Shown here: piece after piece, positions 1-10,787 of the stretch
How positions within the stretch are numbered: position 1 is the stretch's first letter
Layout: each line of letters begins with the position of its first letter
From: Acidobacteriota bacterium
GTDB taxonomy: Bacteria > Acidobacteriota > UBA6911 > JACQSX01
Assembly (NCBI GenBank): GCA_036507075.1
Contig: DASXQR010000138.1
Location: 1-35,019, forward strand
Direction of reading: 5' to 3'
Length of the DNA: 35,019 nucleotides
Notes under the pieces: model-generated
What the model saw: only the letters and a program-made list of their open reading frames with translations
What the model was told of the DNA's origin: nothing
The model's database searches: none
Translations under genes and position numbers: made by a program

Positions 1-31
1 TCTCAGGCCGTCTCTCCACTCCCAAAAATGT
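1..31. repeat. Partial copy (right end) of the GAGACG-hairpin repeat seen at 5229-5458
   Basis: ggccgtctctccactcccaaaaatgt matches the ends of the 5229 copy (ggccgtctctccatcccccaaaatgt) and the 5368 copy (ggccgtctctccact). Truncated by the window edge. Confidence 0.6.
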
Positions 32-91
32 AGAACCTCCAATTCGACTCCCACCGGTAACTCTTGTCCCTGCAAACCTGCCACTTGGATG

Positions 92-182
92 CGGAGAGGG
101 AGGGATTCGAACCCTCGGTACAGGTTTATGCCCGTACGACGGTTTAGCAAACCGTTGATTTCAGCCACTCATCCACCTCTCC
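92..182 (-). tRNA. tRNA-Ser (anticodon GCT), long variable arm, 3' CCA not encoded
   Basis: Reverse complement reads GGAGAGG-TGGATGAGTGGCTGAAATCA-ACGGT-TTGCTAA-ACCGT-(long variable arm)-GAGGGTTCGAATCCCTC-CCTCTCC-G. This gives a 7-bp acceptor stem, a GTTCGAATCC T-loop, anticodon GCT and discriminator G. Confidence 0.96.
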
Positions 183-349
183 GGCGCAGGGCTGACAATA
201 TTCTGGCGCAAAGAAACAGCTATTGTAACGGCCCTGAGCGCGAGTTGCAATTGCGGCAAAGTAGGACCGTGGGAGATTTTCTGTGTCCTCTGGACACAAA
301 AATTGCTCTTGGAGGTCTTTGGGCCGTTGTGGTTAGTTAACCGGCACCC

Positions 350-2224
350 ATGAAAAATCTGTGGTGCGCGGTTCTTCTTGTTTGCGCTGTCAGTGTTTCC
401 TTATCGCAGCAACCGGCAGGCGAAACTTTCGTCCTGACCCATGTCCGCCTGGTTACCGATGGAACGGTGGTTGCTGATTGCAGTGTCGTTTGGCGCCGGG
501 ATCGCATTGTCGCCGCAGGGACTAATGTCGCCGCTCCTCAAAACGCCACCGTAATTGACGGAACCGGCAAGACCGTCATTCCCGGACTTTTCGATGTGCA
601 TACTCATTTGAACAACTCCGCAGGACCGGATTTGAGGGCGGACTGGCAGAAAAATCTGGAAGCGTACCTTTACTATGGAATTACCACCGTTGTCGATTTC
701 AGCAGCAATCCGGAGGCCTACCGCGAAGTCCGCCAAATTGCCGGAAAAGTCCCCGCGCCGCGGCTGGTGCTTGCAGCCCGATTCACTACCCCACTCGGCC
801 ATGGCGCCGAAGGCGGTCGGGACAATGCGTCCATTGAAGTTCAAACCCCGCGCGAGGCGCGCGCCGCCATGGAAAAACTGGGGCCGCTTCAACCCGACGT
901 GCTCAAGATCTTCACCGACGGCTGGCGCTACGGCAATGCCCCCGATATGAGCAGCATGGATCAGGCGACCCTGAACTCGCTTGTTTCGATGGCCCACGCG
1001 CGAGGTCTCGAGGTGCTCACCCATACGGTCACTGTAGAGCGGGCCAAAATTGCGTCGCGAGCCGGAGTGGACTGTATCGCGCATGCCGCGTCAAACACTC
1101 CGGTGGACGAGGAGCTGATCCGACTGATGCAGGAAAACAAGACCGGGTATGCCCCCACCAGCGCCGTTTACGAGCCTCGCCAGCCGCCGATCGATTCGGC
1201 TCAACTGCTCGACGTCATGGAGCCGGCGTTGTTGAACTCCGTGAAGGGCCCGGTTCGGACGGATCGGAGCGAATCGAGTGTTCCTGTTGATCCGCGCAAT
1301 CCGCCCGGACCCAGCCGGGGGCGCCGCTTTGAAATCCTCAAAGGGAACACTCTGGCGCTGTACAAGGCTGGAATCCCGATTGTTCTTGGAACTGACTCCG
1401 GCGTGACGGGAACCTTTCACGGATGGGCGAGCATTCACGAATTAGAACTGCTCTGCCAGTCCGGTCTTTCTCCTCTGGAAGCTCTGATGGCCGGAACGCG
1501 CAACGCGGCCCGGGTTCTTCGATTGGACGACAGAGGTTCCATTGCCTCGGGAAAACTGGCGGATTTCATTCTCGTCGCCGGCCGGCCCGATGAGGACATC
1601 CTCGATATTTGGAAGATGGAGCGTGTTTTTCTTGCCGGCCTGGAAGTAAATCGAAAATCGCTGCGCGACGACATCCAGCGACAGGAAGCGCACTTGCCGG
1701 AAATTTTCAAACCCGTCGCGCAACTGGATGATTTCGAGGCTGCGACGGGTCGGACTTCCATCGGCACTCTCTGGTATGGCGCCTACGAAGCCGGGCATGA
1801 TCATTCCCGCTTGAGTTACGCGCGAATTCTGCGGAGCTCTGCCAATCACGCGCTCAGCATTCAGGTGAAGCATGCGCAAAGAGCGGAACCGTTTGCATCC
1901 GTCGTGCTTCCCATGAGCGCCGGCATGTTGCGCGCCGCCGATCTTTCAGCGCTCTCAGGCCTGGAATTTGAAGCGCGGGGAGAAGGAGATTACAGCGTTG
2001 CCCTGGTTACGGCCTCGGAAAGAAATGGCGCATACCCGGTTGCCCGCTTCACGGCAAACGCCTCCTGGAGAAAAATTCGCATCCCGTTCCATCGGTTCCT
2101 CACACCGATCCGAAGCTCTCGAACAGAGACGCGCCTGGATTTGCTCGCCATCAGCTTTCAGATTCCAGGCTCCCCGGAAACCACACGATGGCTGGAGTTG
2201 GATAATGTCCAATTCATGCGCTGA
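350..2224 (+). CDS. Secreted metal-dependent amidohydrolase (imidazolonepropionase-like superfamily) with C-terminal CIA30/carbohydrate-binding-like domain
   Basis: N-terminal signal peptide. Motifs G(T)GKTVIPGLFDVHTH (HxH), LKIF, two further His, GTDSG and GSIASGKLADF. C-terminal LDDFE...DLSALSGLEFEARG...WRKIRIPF...LELDNVQF is CIA30-like. Confidence 0.88.
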   Translation: MKNLWCAVLLVCAVSVSLSQQPAGETFVLTHVRLVTDGTVVADCSVVWRRDRIVAAGTNVAAPQNATVIDGTGKTVIPGLFDVHTHLNNSAGPDLRADWQKNLEAYLYYGITTVVDFSSNPEAYREVRQIAGKVPAPRLVLAARFTTPLGHGAEGGRDNASIEVQTPREARAAMEKLGPLQPDVLKIFTDGWRYGNAPDMSSMDQATLNSLVSMAHARGLEVLTHTVTVERAKIASRAGVDCIAHAASNTPVDEELIRLMQENKTGYAPTSAVYEPRQPPIDSAQLLDVMEPALLNSVKGPVRTDRSESSVPVDPRNPPGPSRGRRFEILKGNTLALYKAGIPIVLGTDSGVTGTFHGWASIHELELLCQSGLSPLEALMAGTRNAARVLRLDDRGSIASGKLADFILVAGRPDEDILDIWKMERVFLAGLEVNRKSLRDDIQRQEAHLPEIFKPVAQLDDFEAATGRTSIGTLWYGAYEAGHDHSRLSYARILRSSANHALSIQVKHAQRAEPFASVVLPMSAGMLRAADLSALSGLEFEARGEGDYSVALVTASERNGAYPVARFTANASWRKIRIPFHRFLTPIRSSRTETRLDLLAISFQIPGSPETTRWLELDNVQFMR

Positions 2225-2636
2225 CTGTCGGGAATCAGCGCGCAGGTAGAATATTTAACATTTCTTCGCGGGGTGACTTTCCAGAGGAGCAAAAATTTCC
2301 ATATTTTTGGATTCCTTACGGACCCCTTTCCGCTTACCCGAAAGCATCCCGAATCTATTTCCAATGAAGGGTTTTTCCTTCAGGCTGCAAGCCCCGAACA
2401 GCTTTTCTGCACCCGCCTCGAATATGGCCACACGCCGGGAATCAAAATATTGGAGAAAATGCAGTATTAATAAGGATTTATTTCGATATCCATCGTTGAT
2501 TTAAGTAGTTTTTCTTGTTTAAATTCCAGAGCGCAAGCCAAGTACAAACGGACACGAGCACGACTGGTGTGCCCTTGCGCTTGGCGTCGCATCTCACGTT
2601 CAGAAGATAATCTACAGAACCTACAAGGGGGGTCTA

Positions 2637-5177
2637 ATGAGAGAAATTCCGATTCGAACGTGCTTGTCTGTTCTACTTCTTTGTCTTTTTGGCTTCAGCG
2701 CCTCGCTGTTGGCGGATGCTCCCGACACGATTACGTTCCAGGTCTGCATGTCTCCGGCTAACGAATTCCCTCCCATAGTCGGGCTTTCGGCTGTTGGAAC
2801 CGGAACAGTTACGGCAACTGTCACCAGGGATGCGAACGGCAACATCACTTCTGTCACGTTTGACACCAACGTCTCTGTCAGCGGCTTTCCGGCCAACACT
2901 ACATTTACCGGATTTCACATTCATCCCGGCGTGGCCGGAACAACCGGTGGGGTGGTGATCAACTTCCTGGCTCCCCCCAACCCGCCAACATTGGGAAGCA
3001 CCGCCACCGGCAGCGCCACTTTTGTGAGACGTGTCGTCGCCGATCCGAGCAATCCGACGCTGTTCAGTTTCGCGACGGGCCTGCTCAATCGGCCGCAGAA
3101 CTACTATTTGAACCTACACACGTCGGTCAATCCGAGCGGCGCCATCCGCGCTCAACTTGCCCCCAGTCGCATGGTATTTCGCACGCTGATGACGCCGACG
3201 CAGGAAACTCCCCCCATAGCGGATTCCAAAGCGGTCGCCGTTGGCACCACGACAATTACCGTCAATCGCGACTGCAGCGGCATTACGTCCGCGGTGGTTG
3301 ATTTTGACGTCGCTTACGATTTCTCACCGGGACCGGTTACGTTCACCGGCTTGCATTATCACCGCGGCGCCGCGGGAGCGAGCGGTCCGGTAGTGATCGG
3401 CAGCGGTCTGGGTGGGGGCAATGACAGCATCACCGATGACGACGGAGTGGGAAATATTTTCCGCCGCGTCGACATTCCGAGCACCAAAGCCACGGACCTG
3501 TCCACAATCAATGACATACTTAACAATCCGAGCGATTTTTACATCAATCTGCATACCACCGTCAGTCCGGGCGGCGCGGTTCGGGGACAGCTTTCGACCA
3601 ATACCTTCAGCTTCATGAAGACGATGTCGCCCTTCTTCGAGACGCCGCCGATACCTTTACTCAGCACTCTCGGCAGAGGGATCATAACGGTCACAACCGC
3701 CACCAACGCGACGAACGGAAACATCATATCCGGAACCGTGGAATTCAACGTTGATTTCACGCTGCCCGGCGAGACAACCATCACGGGCCTTCACATTCAC
3801 AACGGTCTTGAAGGAGTATCTGCCCCGGTAGTCATCAGCACCGGAATCAGCGGTGGGAGTCCGGTGACGATTGCCGATCCTAACGGGACTGGAAACATTA
3901 CCCGCACTGTGACCATAGCCTCTGACAACACGGCGGGCGTGGCCGTGCTCAAGGCGCTGCTGGATGCTCCTGAGAGGTTCTATGTGAACCTGCACACCAC
4001 GTCGAACCCGAACGGTCTCATTCGAGCGCAACTGGACCGCGAGACTTTTGTTTTCAGGGTTGCCATGAAACCTGAAAACGAAGTGCCGCCGCTGGCGGGA
4101 GGGGTTTCCGGCCCTTCGGCCGCAGCCACCATCGCAATTCGTCCCGCGTCGATCCAGGGAAAAACCACTGTAGCCACGGTCGACTTTGACGTGAGTTACA
4201 ATTTTCCCCCTCCGGTTACATTCAACGGACTTCACATTCATGAAGCTCCGGTGGGAGTCAACGGGCCGATCCTGATCGACTCGGGGTTGAGCTCTTTGAC
4301 GGATCAGGACGGAATCGGCGTGCTGTTCCGGCGCGCTCTGATTTTTCCCACCTCAACGCCGGCTCTGAGCGCGATCGATCGCATCCTGGCGGGGCCCGAG
4401 TCGTTCTATGCCAACGTACACACGGCACAAAATCCGGGAGGCGCGGCGCGCGCTCAACTGGCCAGCAACGTCTACAATTTTGCCCAGGTGGCCGGAGGCC
4501 TCGGCGTCGGTACCACGATTTCGCTGAAGAATCCGTCGACCACGTCCTCGGCGAGCGGTCTGTTGATCTTCAGCACGCCGACCGGTGATCCACTGGTGAC
4601 GATCGTGGGTGACGCGCTGGTGCCGTTTGTTATTCCTCCGGACGGCACGGCCGCGTTTAACACATCGTTTCTTGGAGCAGCACTGGTGAGCGGCCACGCG
4701 AAGGTCTCTTCATCTGAACCTCTTCAGGCCAGTCTCACCTTCTCGGCGCCCGGGTTCACCCCCGTGACGATCCCGCCTTCTACCACCGGTTCATTTGGGT
4801 TCCGGGCGGTAGTGGAGGTTAACCGGGCTGCGGGTGTGGATGCCGCGGTTTCCGTGGTGAACACCGGGACAATCACCACCAGAGTGGTGCTGAGTCTGAA
4901 AGATCAAAACGGAAGGATCATCAGGAGCAAGTTCACCACTACACTGGCGCCGGGCCAGCAGTTGAGCGGATTCTTGTCTTCACTATTCCCGGGTTTGGAT
5001 AACTTCACCGGCACGCTCAGTATCGGAAATGTCAATGGCGCCTTGCCGGCACAGATTCTGGCGGCCACGGTGATTCAATTCGGCCCCGGACGATTCTTCG
5101 TCGTTCCGACGTTTGGCTTCACCAAGACAGGCTCCGATCTCGAGGAGGAAGAGGAGGTATCCAGAATTTATCAATAG
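2637..5177 (+). CDS. Secreted protein with four tandem CHRD domains and a C-terminal beta-rich domain
   Basis: Signal peptide and G-rich SD (aagggggg). Four repeats of M.P..E.PP...G(F/L)H(I/Y)H.G..G..GPV....Y.N.HT...P.G..R.QL, ending near nt 3158, 3593, 4034 and 4460. Confidence 0.88.
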   Translation: MREIPIRTCLSVLLLCLFGFSASLLADAPDTITFQVCMSPANEFPPIVGLSAVGTGTVTATVTRDANGNITSVTFDTNVSVSGFPANTTFTGFHIHPGVAGTTGGVVINFLAPPNPPTLGSTATGSATFVRRVVADPSNPTLFSFATGLLNRPQNYYLNLHTSVNPSGAIRAQLAPSRMVFRTLMTPTQETPPIADSKAVAVGTTTITVNRDCSGITSAVVDFDVAYDFSPGPVTFTGLHYHRGAAGASGPVVIGSGLGGGNDSITDDDGVGNIFRRVDIPSTKATDLSTINDILNNPSDFYINLHTTVSPGGAVRGQLSTNTFSFMKTMSPFFETPPIPLLSTLGRGIITVTTATNATNGNIISGTVEFNVDFTLPGETTITGLHIHNGLEGVSAPVVISTGISGGSPVTIADPNGTGNITRTVTIASDNTAGVAVLKALLDAPERFYVNLHTTSNPNGLIRAQLDRETFVFRVAMKPENEVPPLAGGVSGPSAAATIAIRPASIQGKTTVATVDFDVSYNFPPPVTFNGLHIHEAPVGVNGPILIDSGLSSLTDQDGIGVLFRRALIFPTSTPALSAIDRILAGPESFYANVHTAQNPGGAARAQLASNVYNFAQVAGGLGVGTTISLKNPSTTSSASGLLIFSTPTGDPLVTIVGDALVPFVIPPDGTAAFNTSFLGAALVSGHAKVSSSEPLQASLTFSAPGFTPVTIPPSTTGSFGFRAVVEVNRAAGVDAAVSVVNTGTITTRVVLSLKDQNGRIIRSKFTTTLAPGQQLSGFLSSLFPGLDNFTGTLSIGNVNGALPAQILAATVIQFGPGRFFVVPTFGFTKTGSDLEEEEEVSRIYQ

Positions 5178-5228
5178 GCGTAGATTCGATGCGCTTCGCC
5201 GCTGGGGTTCAACGCGGCGCGGGTCCGC

Positions 5229-5458
5229 CGGGGAGACGTCCTGAGGGACGTCTCAGGGAAAGTCGCGGGATGGTGTTGCCGTCGACTTCGGCCGAGACGG
5301 CCATCGGGCCGTCTCTCCATCCCCCAAAATGTCCAAATCCGTGGCATCAGGGCGCGGCTTCGCCGCGCGGGGAGACGTCCTGAGGGACGTCTCAGGGAAA
5401 GTCGCGGGATGGTCCTGCCGTCGACTTCGCCCGAGACGGCCATCGGGCCGTCTCTCCA
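5229..5458. repeat. Two direct copies (5229-5319, 5368-5458) of a 91-bp multi-hairpin REP-like unit
   Basis: Copies differ at 3 positions. Each contains GAGACGTCC-tgag-GGACGTCTC, AAGTCG...CGACTT and GAGACGGCC-atcg-GGCCGTCTC palindromes. Lies between convergent genes. Confidence 0.9.
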
Positions 5459-5508
5459 CTCTTCTCCACTCTCAAAATCCAAACTCCACCAGCATGGAAA
5501 CATGCGGG

Positions 5509-5907
5509 TCATTCGATTACGAATCTGAGCACTTCGGCTTTTCTGTCGTCCAGATAAACCTCCAGCCGGTACCGTCCCGGAGGCCAGCCCTGCACGGGAC
5601 GTCGCAATCGAAACCAGCCTTTGCTCGGCCGGTCAATATCCTGGGTGGATTCGTCGATGCGGTAATTCGGAGCAGCCGAATTACCGACGTCTTCCGCGTA
5701 CCAGACGCCTCTTACCGCGGCGGCTCCTTTTCCTCCTCTCACGTCCCAGGCACAGTAAATGCTCTCGGTGTCACGGCTGAAACGTGTGGTTGGTTGAATC
5801 GGCTCGAAGTTCGAGCTTACATTCCTGCACAGAACAGCATCCATTGGAGTGCCACAGGAAGTGGCAACGCACAGCAGGAAGATAAGCAGCGTAAGGCGGT
5901 GGAGCAT
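5509..5907 (-). CDS. Putative lipoprotein, small beta-sandwich, function unknown
   Basis: Hydrophobic leader with lipobox-like VATS-C. Ends in GWPPGRYRLEVYLD...F.IE, typical of Ig-like extracytoplasmic domains. Confidence 0.75.
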   Translation of the reverse strand: MLHRLTLLIFLLCVATSCGTPMDAVLCRNVSSNFEPIQPTTRFSRDTESIYCAWDVRGGKGAAAVRGVWYAEDVGNSAAPNYRIDESTQDIDRPSKGWFRLRRPVQGWPPGRYRLEVYLDDRKAEVLRFVIE

Positions 5908-5910
5908 GAT

Positions 5911-6226
5911 TTGTCCGTTGTCAGTTGTCCGTGGTCATTGGTCATTGGTCATTCGTCATTCGTCATTGGTTGTCATCGGTCATTCGTCATTCGTCATTCG
6001 TCATCGGTCATGTCACTCGTCGTGAGCCATGCAATATGAAAGTTCAGGAGCTTGGTGACTTCGGCGGCAAAAGATTTAAACTACCAGGCCTTCAAGGTCT
6101 CGCGTTTAAGTACTAATGAACGATGACCTATCACCAATGACCGATGGCCGAGGACCGACCACCAATAACCGATGACCAATGACCACTGACAACGGACTAC
6201 GGACTACGGACAAAGGACCAGTGACA
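5911..6226. repeat. Inverted heptamer tandem arrays: (GTCATTG/GTCATTC/GTCCGTT)n at 5911-6015 and complementary (AATGACC/ACGGACT)n at 6115-6226
   Basis: Directly visible 7-nt periodicity. The left and right arrays are reverse complements flanking about 100 bp of unique sequence. Confidence 0.9.
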
Positions 6227-6230
6227 AAAA

Positions 6231-7946
6231 TCAAAACAGATACGCTTCGGTGGCATAGCGGCGCATCATGCGATGAGTGTTGAAATAGTAAGCGTTCTTT
6301 CCTATGGCGTCATTCATTACCCGCAGCCAGTCCTCGCGACGGTCGTAGAAGAGCGGCAGTATCACTTCATCCAGCTTGCGATAAAGATCCTCGGCATCCG
6401 TCTTGTCCGAAACATCGTCCAGCGTTAATTCTCGTGGAGGGGGGCCGATAGACCATCCGGTAATTCCTTCAATGTGGCCTTCAATCCACCAGCCATCCAG
6501 AACGCTGAAGTTGGGCACTCCGTTGTGCGCCGCTTTCATTCCGCTCGTTCCCGAGGCCTCATATGGCCGCAGCGGGGTGTTCAGCCAGAGGTCAACCCCG
6601 GAAGCAAGCTTCAGAGCCAGAGCCATGTCGTAGTTTTCCAGGTAAACAACCGGCAGTACATCCTTCAGCTCGCGGGCACACTGAAAAATATGCTCGATCA
6701 GCTTCTTGCCCGAATCGTCGCGCGGATGCGCTTTTCCCGCATACACCAGTTGCAGCTTCCTCCTGCGGGCGATGGAAGCAAGCCGCTTGAGATCGTAAAA
6801 AATCAGATCGGCGCGCTTGTAGCCGGTGGCCCGCCGCGCAAAGCCGATGGTCAAAGCCTCCGGTTCCAAACAAACACCCGTGCGCCGCGTGACCTCATCC
6901 AGCAGCCCGGCCTTTGCTTCGCTGTGAGCCGCCCAGATCTCGGCATTGGGAATATTGTCTACGCGCACGAACAGTTCCGGTTCATTGGCCCAACCTGGAA
7001 GATACCGATCGAAGAGACGCTTGAAACTGGAACAGGTCCAGCTATAGGAGTGGACTCCATTGGTGATGGAATTGAATTCGTAACCCGGAAAGAGATTCCG
7101 TGAAACTTCGCGGTGTTTTTTGGCCACACCGTTCACATAGTGGCTGAGATTGAGAGCCAAAACCGTCATGTTGAGCTGATCAGGACCCCCGAGGGCCTTG
7201 ATCAGATCCATCGGAGCTTCGTCCCTGAGCACCTTGCCAACCAGCTTGTAGTCGAATTTGTCATGACCCGCGGCTACCGGAGTGTGCGTGGTAAAAACAC
7301 ACATCTCGCGCACTGCATCCACGTCCCACACCATTTGCTCGTCCCAGACCAGTTCCAGCGGTCTTTTGTAGCGACGCAACAGTTCCAGAGTGAGCAGGCT
7401 TGCATGACCTTCGTTCATGTGGTAACGGCGGATGTCCAATCCCAATTCGTGCAGCATGCGATATCCGCCGATTCCCAGGACAACTTCCTGTTTGAACCGG
7501 TAATCCTCACCCCCGCCATACAGAAAATCGGTAATTTGCCGGTCTTCGGGATTGTTCTCCGCCAGATCTGTGTCCAGAAACAGGATCGGCACCACGCCTC
7601 CAGTAATGCTTTTCGCGTCGTACTGCCAGGCGCCCACCATTACCCGCCTGCCTTCGATCTCCAGGCGAACCTTGTTGGGGAGCTTCGACATCACGTTGCC
7701 CGGGCACCAATCCACCGCATGCTCAATCTGGCGTCCGTCGGAGGTGAGTTCCTGGCGAAAAAAGCCCTTGCGGTAAAGTAGACTCACCCCGATCAAGGGC
7801 ATTCTCATGTCGGCGGCTGATTTAAGTGTGTCGCCTGCCAGGATCCCCAATCCTCCGGAATAAGTCGGAATGTCGTTTGAAAGGCCGATTTCCATGGAAA
7901 AATAGGCAATGCTGCATTTTCGACCGGAAACCGTTCCGTTCTTCAT
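6231..7946 (-). CDS. glgP: Alpha-glucan (glycogen/maltodextrin) phosphorylase, compact form
   Basis: Motifs IAYFSMEIGL..DIPTYSGGLGILAGD, HMNEGH, FTTHTPV.AGHD, ITNGVH, GFARRATGYKRA and the PLP-lysine motif EASGTSGMKAAHNG. Confidence 0.95.
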   Translation of the reverse strand: MKNGTVSGRKCSIAYFSMEIGLSNDIPTYSGGLGILAGDTLKSAADMRMPLIGVSLLYRKGFFRQELTSDGRQIEHAVDWCPGNVMSKLPNKVRLEIEGRRVMVGAWQYDAKSITGGVVPILFLDTDLAENNPEDRQITDFLYGGGEDYRFKQEVVLGIGGYRMLHELGLDIRRYHMNEGHASLLTLELLRRYKRPLELVWDEQMVWDVDAVREMCVFTTHTPVAAGHDKFDYKLVGKVLRDEAPMDLIKALGGPDQLNMTVLALNLSHYVNGVAKKHREVSRNLFPGYEFNSITNGVHSYSWTCSSFKRLFDRYLPGWANEPELFVRVDNIPNAEIWAAHSEAKAGLLDEVTRRTGVCLEPEALTIGFARRATGYKRADLIFYDLKRLASIARRRKLQLVYAGKAHPRDDSGKKLIEHIFQCARELKDVLPVVYLENYDMALALKLASGVDLWLNTPLRPYEASGTSGMKAAHNGVPNFSVLDGWWIEGHIEGITGWSIGPPPRELTLDDVSDKTDAEDLYRKLDEVILPLFYDRREDWLRVMNDAIGKNAYYFNTHRMMRRYATEAYLF

Positions 7947-8042
7947 AGTTGGCGAATGGAATTGGAGCGCGCACCAGACGCGTGCTGCCTGGCCTTTGCA
8001 GCGAGCGCGACAATGACCGGGCGCGAAGGTCGAGGGCGCAAG

Positions 8043-8249
8043 TTAACTCGAGAGGGGGTGCAGTTGGCGGTGGATTTGGCGATAATTTTCAAAGCAACGA
8101 CTGCATTTGAAAAGATGATTGATGGTCTCAATAACCTCCAGGTCCTGCAATTGCCTGTTAGCGAGACGATTGAGCTGCTCGACAGGGACGTGCGACTTTG
8201 CAGGAAACGTGATCGTAAAAAACAGTTTACTTGTTATCGCAACAGCCAT
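8043..8249 (-). CDS. Small protein with an HxxxCxxC zinc-finger (zf-HC2/ZAS-like) motif
   Basis: 68 aa containing H-VPVEQLNRLANRQL...INHLFKCSRCFENY. ATG start, with TGcTAATAT (extended -10-like) upstream on the minus strand. Confidence 0.6.
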   Translation of the reverse strand: MAVAITSKLFFTITFPAKSHVPVEQLNRLANRQLQDLEVIETINHLFKCSRCFENYRQIHRQLHPLSS

Positions 8250-8363
8250 GCTTCCGCCGTCCTGAAATGTCGGGTCATATTAGCAGAATCAACGCGGGAG
8301 ACACAATGCGGACGCTGGTTTGCGGTAGATTATCAATCTTGGTACGAACCAGATCGCAATTAA

Positions 8364-10385
<2,022 letters not shown>

Positions 10386-10388
10386 ATT

Positions 10389-10770
10389 GCGGAAGGCGGA
10401 AAGCAGAAAGCAGAAGGCGGAAGGCGGAAAGCGGAAGGCAGGGGGCAGGAAGCAGGAAGCGGGAAGCAGGAAGCAGGAGGCAGGAAGCAGGAAGCAGGAG
10501 GCAGGAAGCAGGAGGCAGGAGGCAAGGGGCGGCGGATGGGCACGCCAGCCGAACCGCGCGCGTCAGCAAGCGGACTCTCCGGAATAACGGTACACTGATA
10601 AGCTTTGTAGACTTTGGTCGCCTCCAGGTTATCCTTCACAACGGTGATCAGAAGTGACACATCGAGGGTCCGCTTGCTGACGCGCGCGGTTCGGCTGGCG
10701 TGCCCAATCGCCGCTTCCTGCCTTCTGCCTTCCGCTTTCCGCTTTCCGCTTTCCGCTTTCCGCTTTCCGC
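10389..10770. repeat. Nested element: 20x heptamer (GCRGRAR-type) / 39-bp perfect inverted repeat / 92-bp spacer / inverted repeat / 8x complementary heptamer
   Basis: Heptamers at 10389-10528 and 10715-10770. IR tgggcacgccagccgaaccgcgcgcgtcagcaagcggac at 10537-10575 with its exact reverse complement at 10668-10706. Confidence 0.93.
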
Positions 10771-10787
10771 TTCACGAGGAACACATA

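Noticed and set aside
1..182. Integrative element at the tRNA-Ser 3' end
   Set aside because: No integrase or duplicated tRNA 3' fragment is visible. The region downstream of the tRNA mostly lies outside the window.
89..340. 83-aa ORF MRRGRDSNPRY...
   Set aside because: It is the antisense reading of tRNA-Ser, a typical spurious ORF.
5229..5458. Possible CRISPR array (direct repeats with a 48-bp spacer)
   Set aside because: Only two units of 91 bp, far longer than CRISPR repeats, and there are no cas genes. It fits a REP-like mosaic.
5911..6226. Diversity-generating retroelement suggested by the possible Avd-like remnant
   Set aside because: No reverse transcriptase and no TR/VR pair with adenine-specific mismatches was seen.
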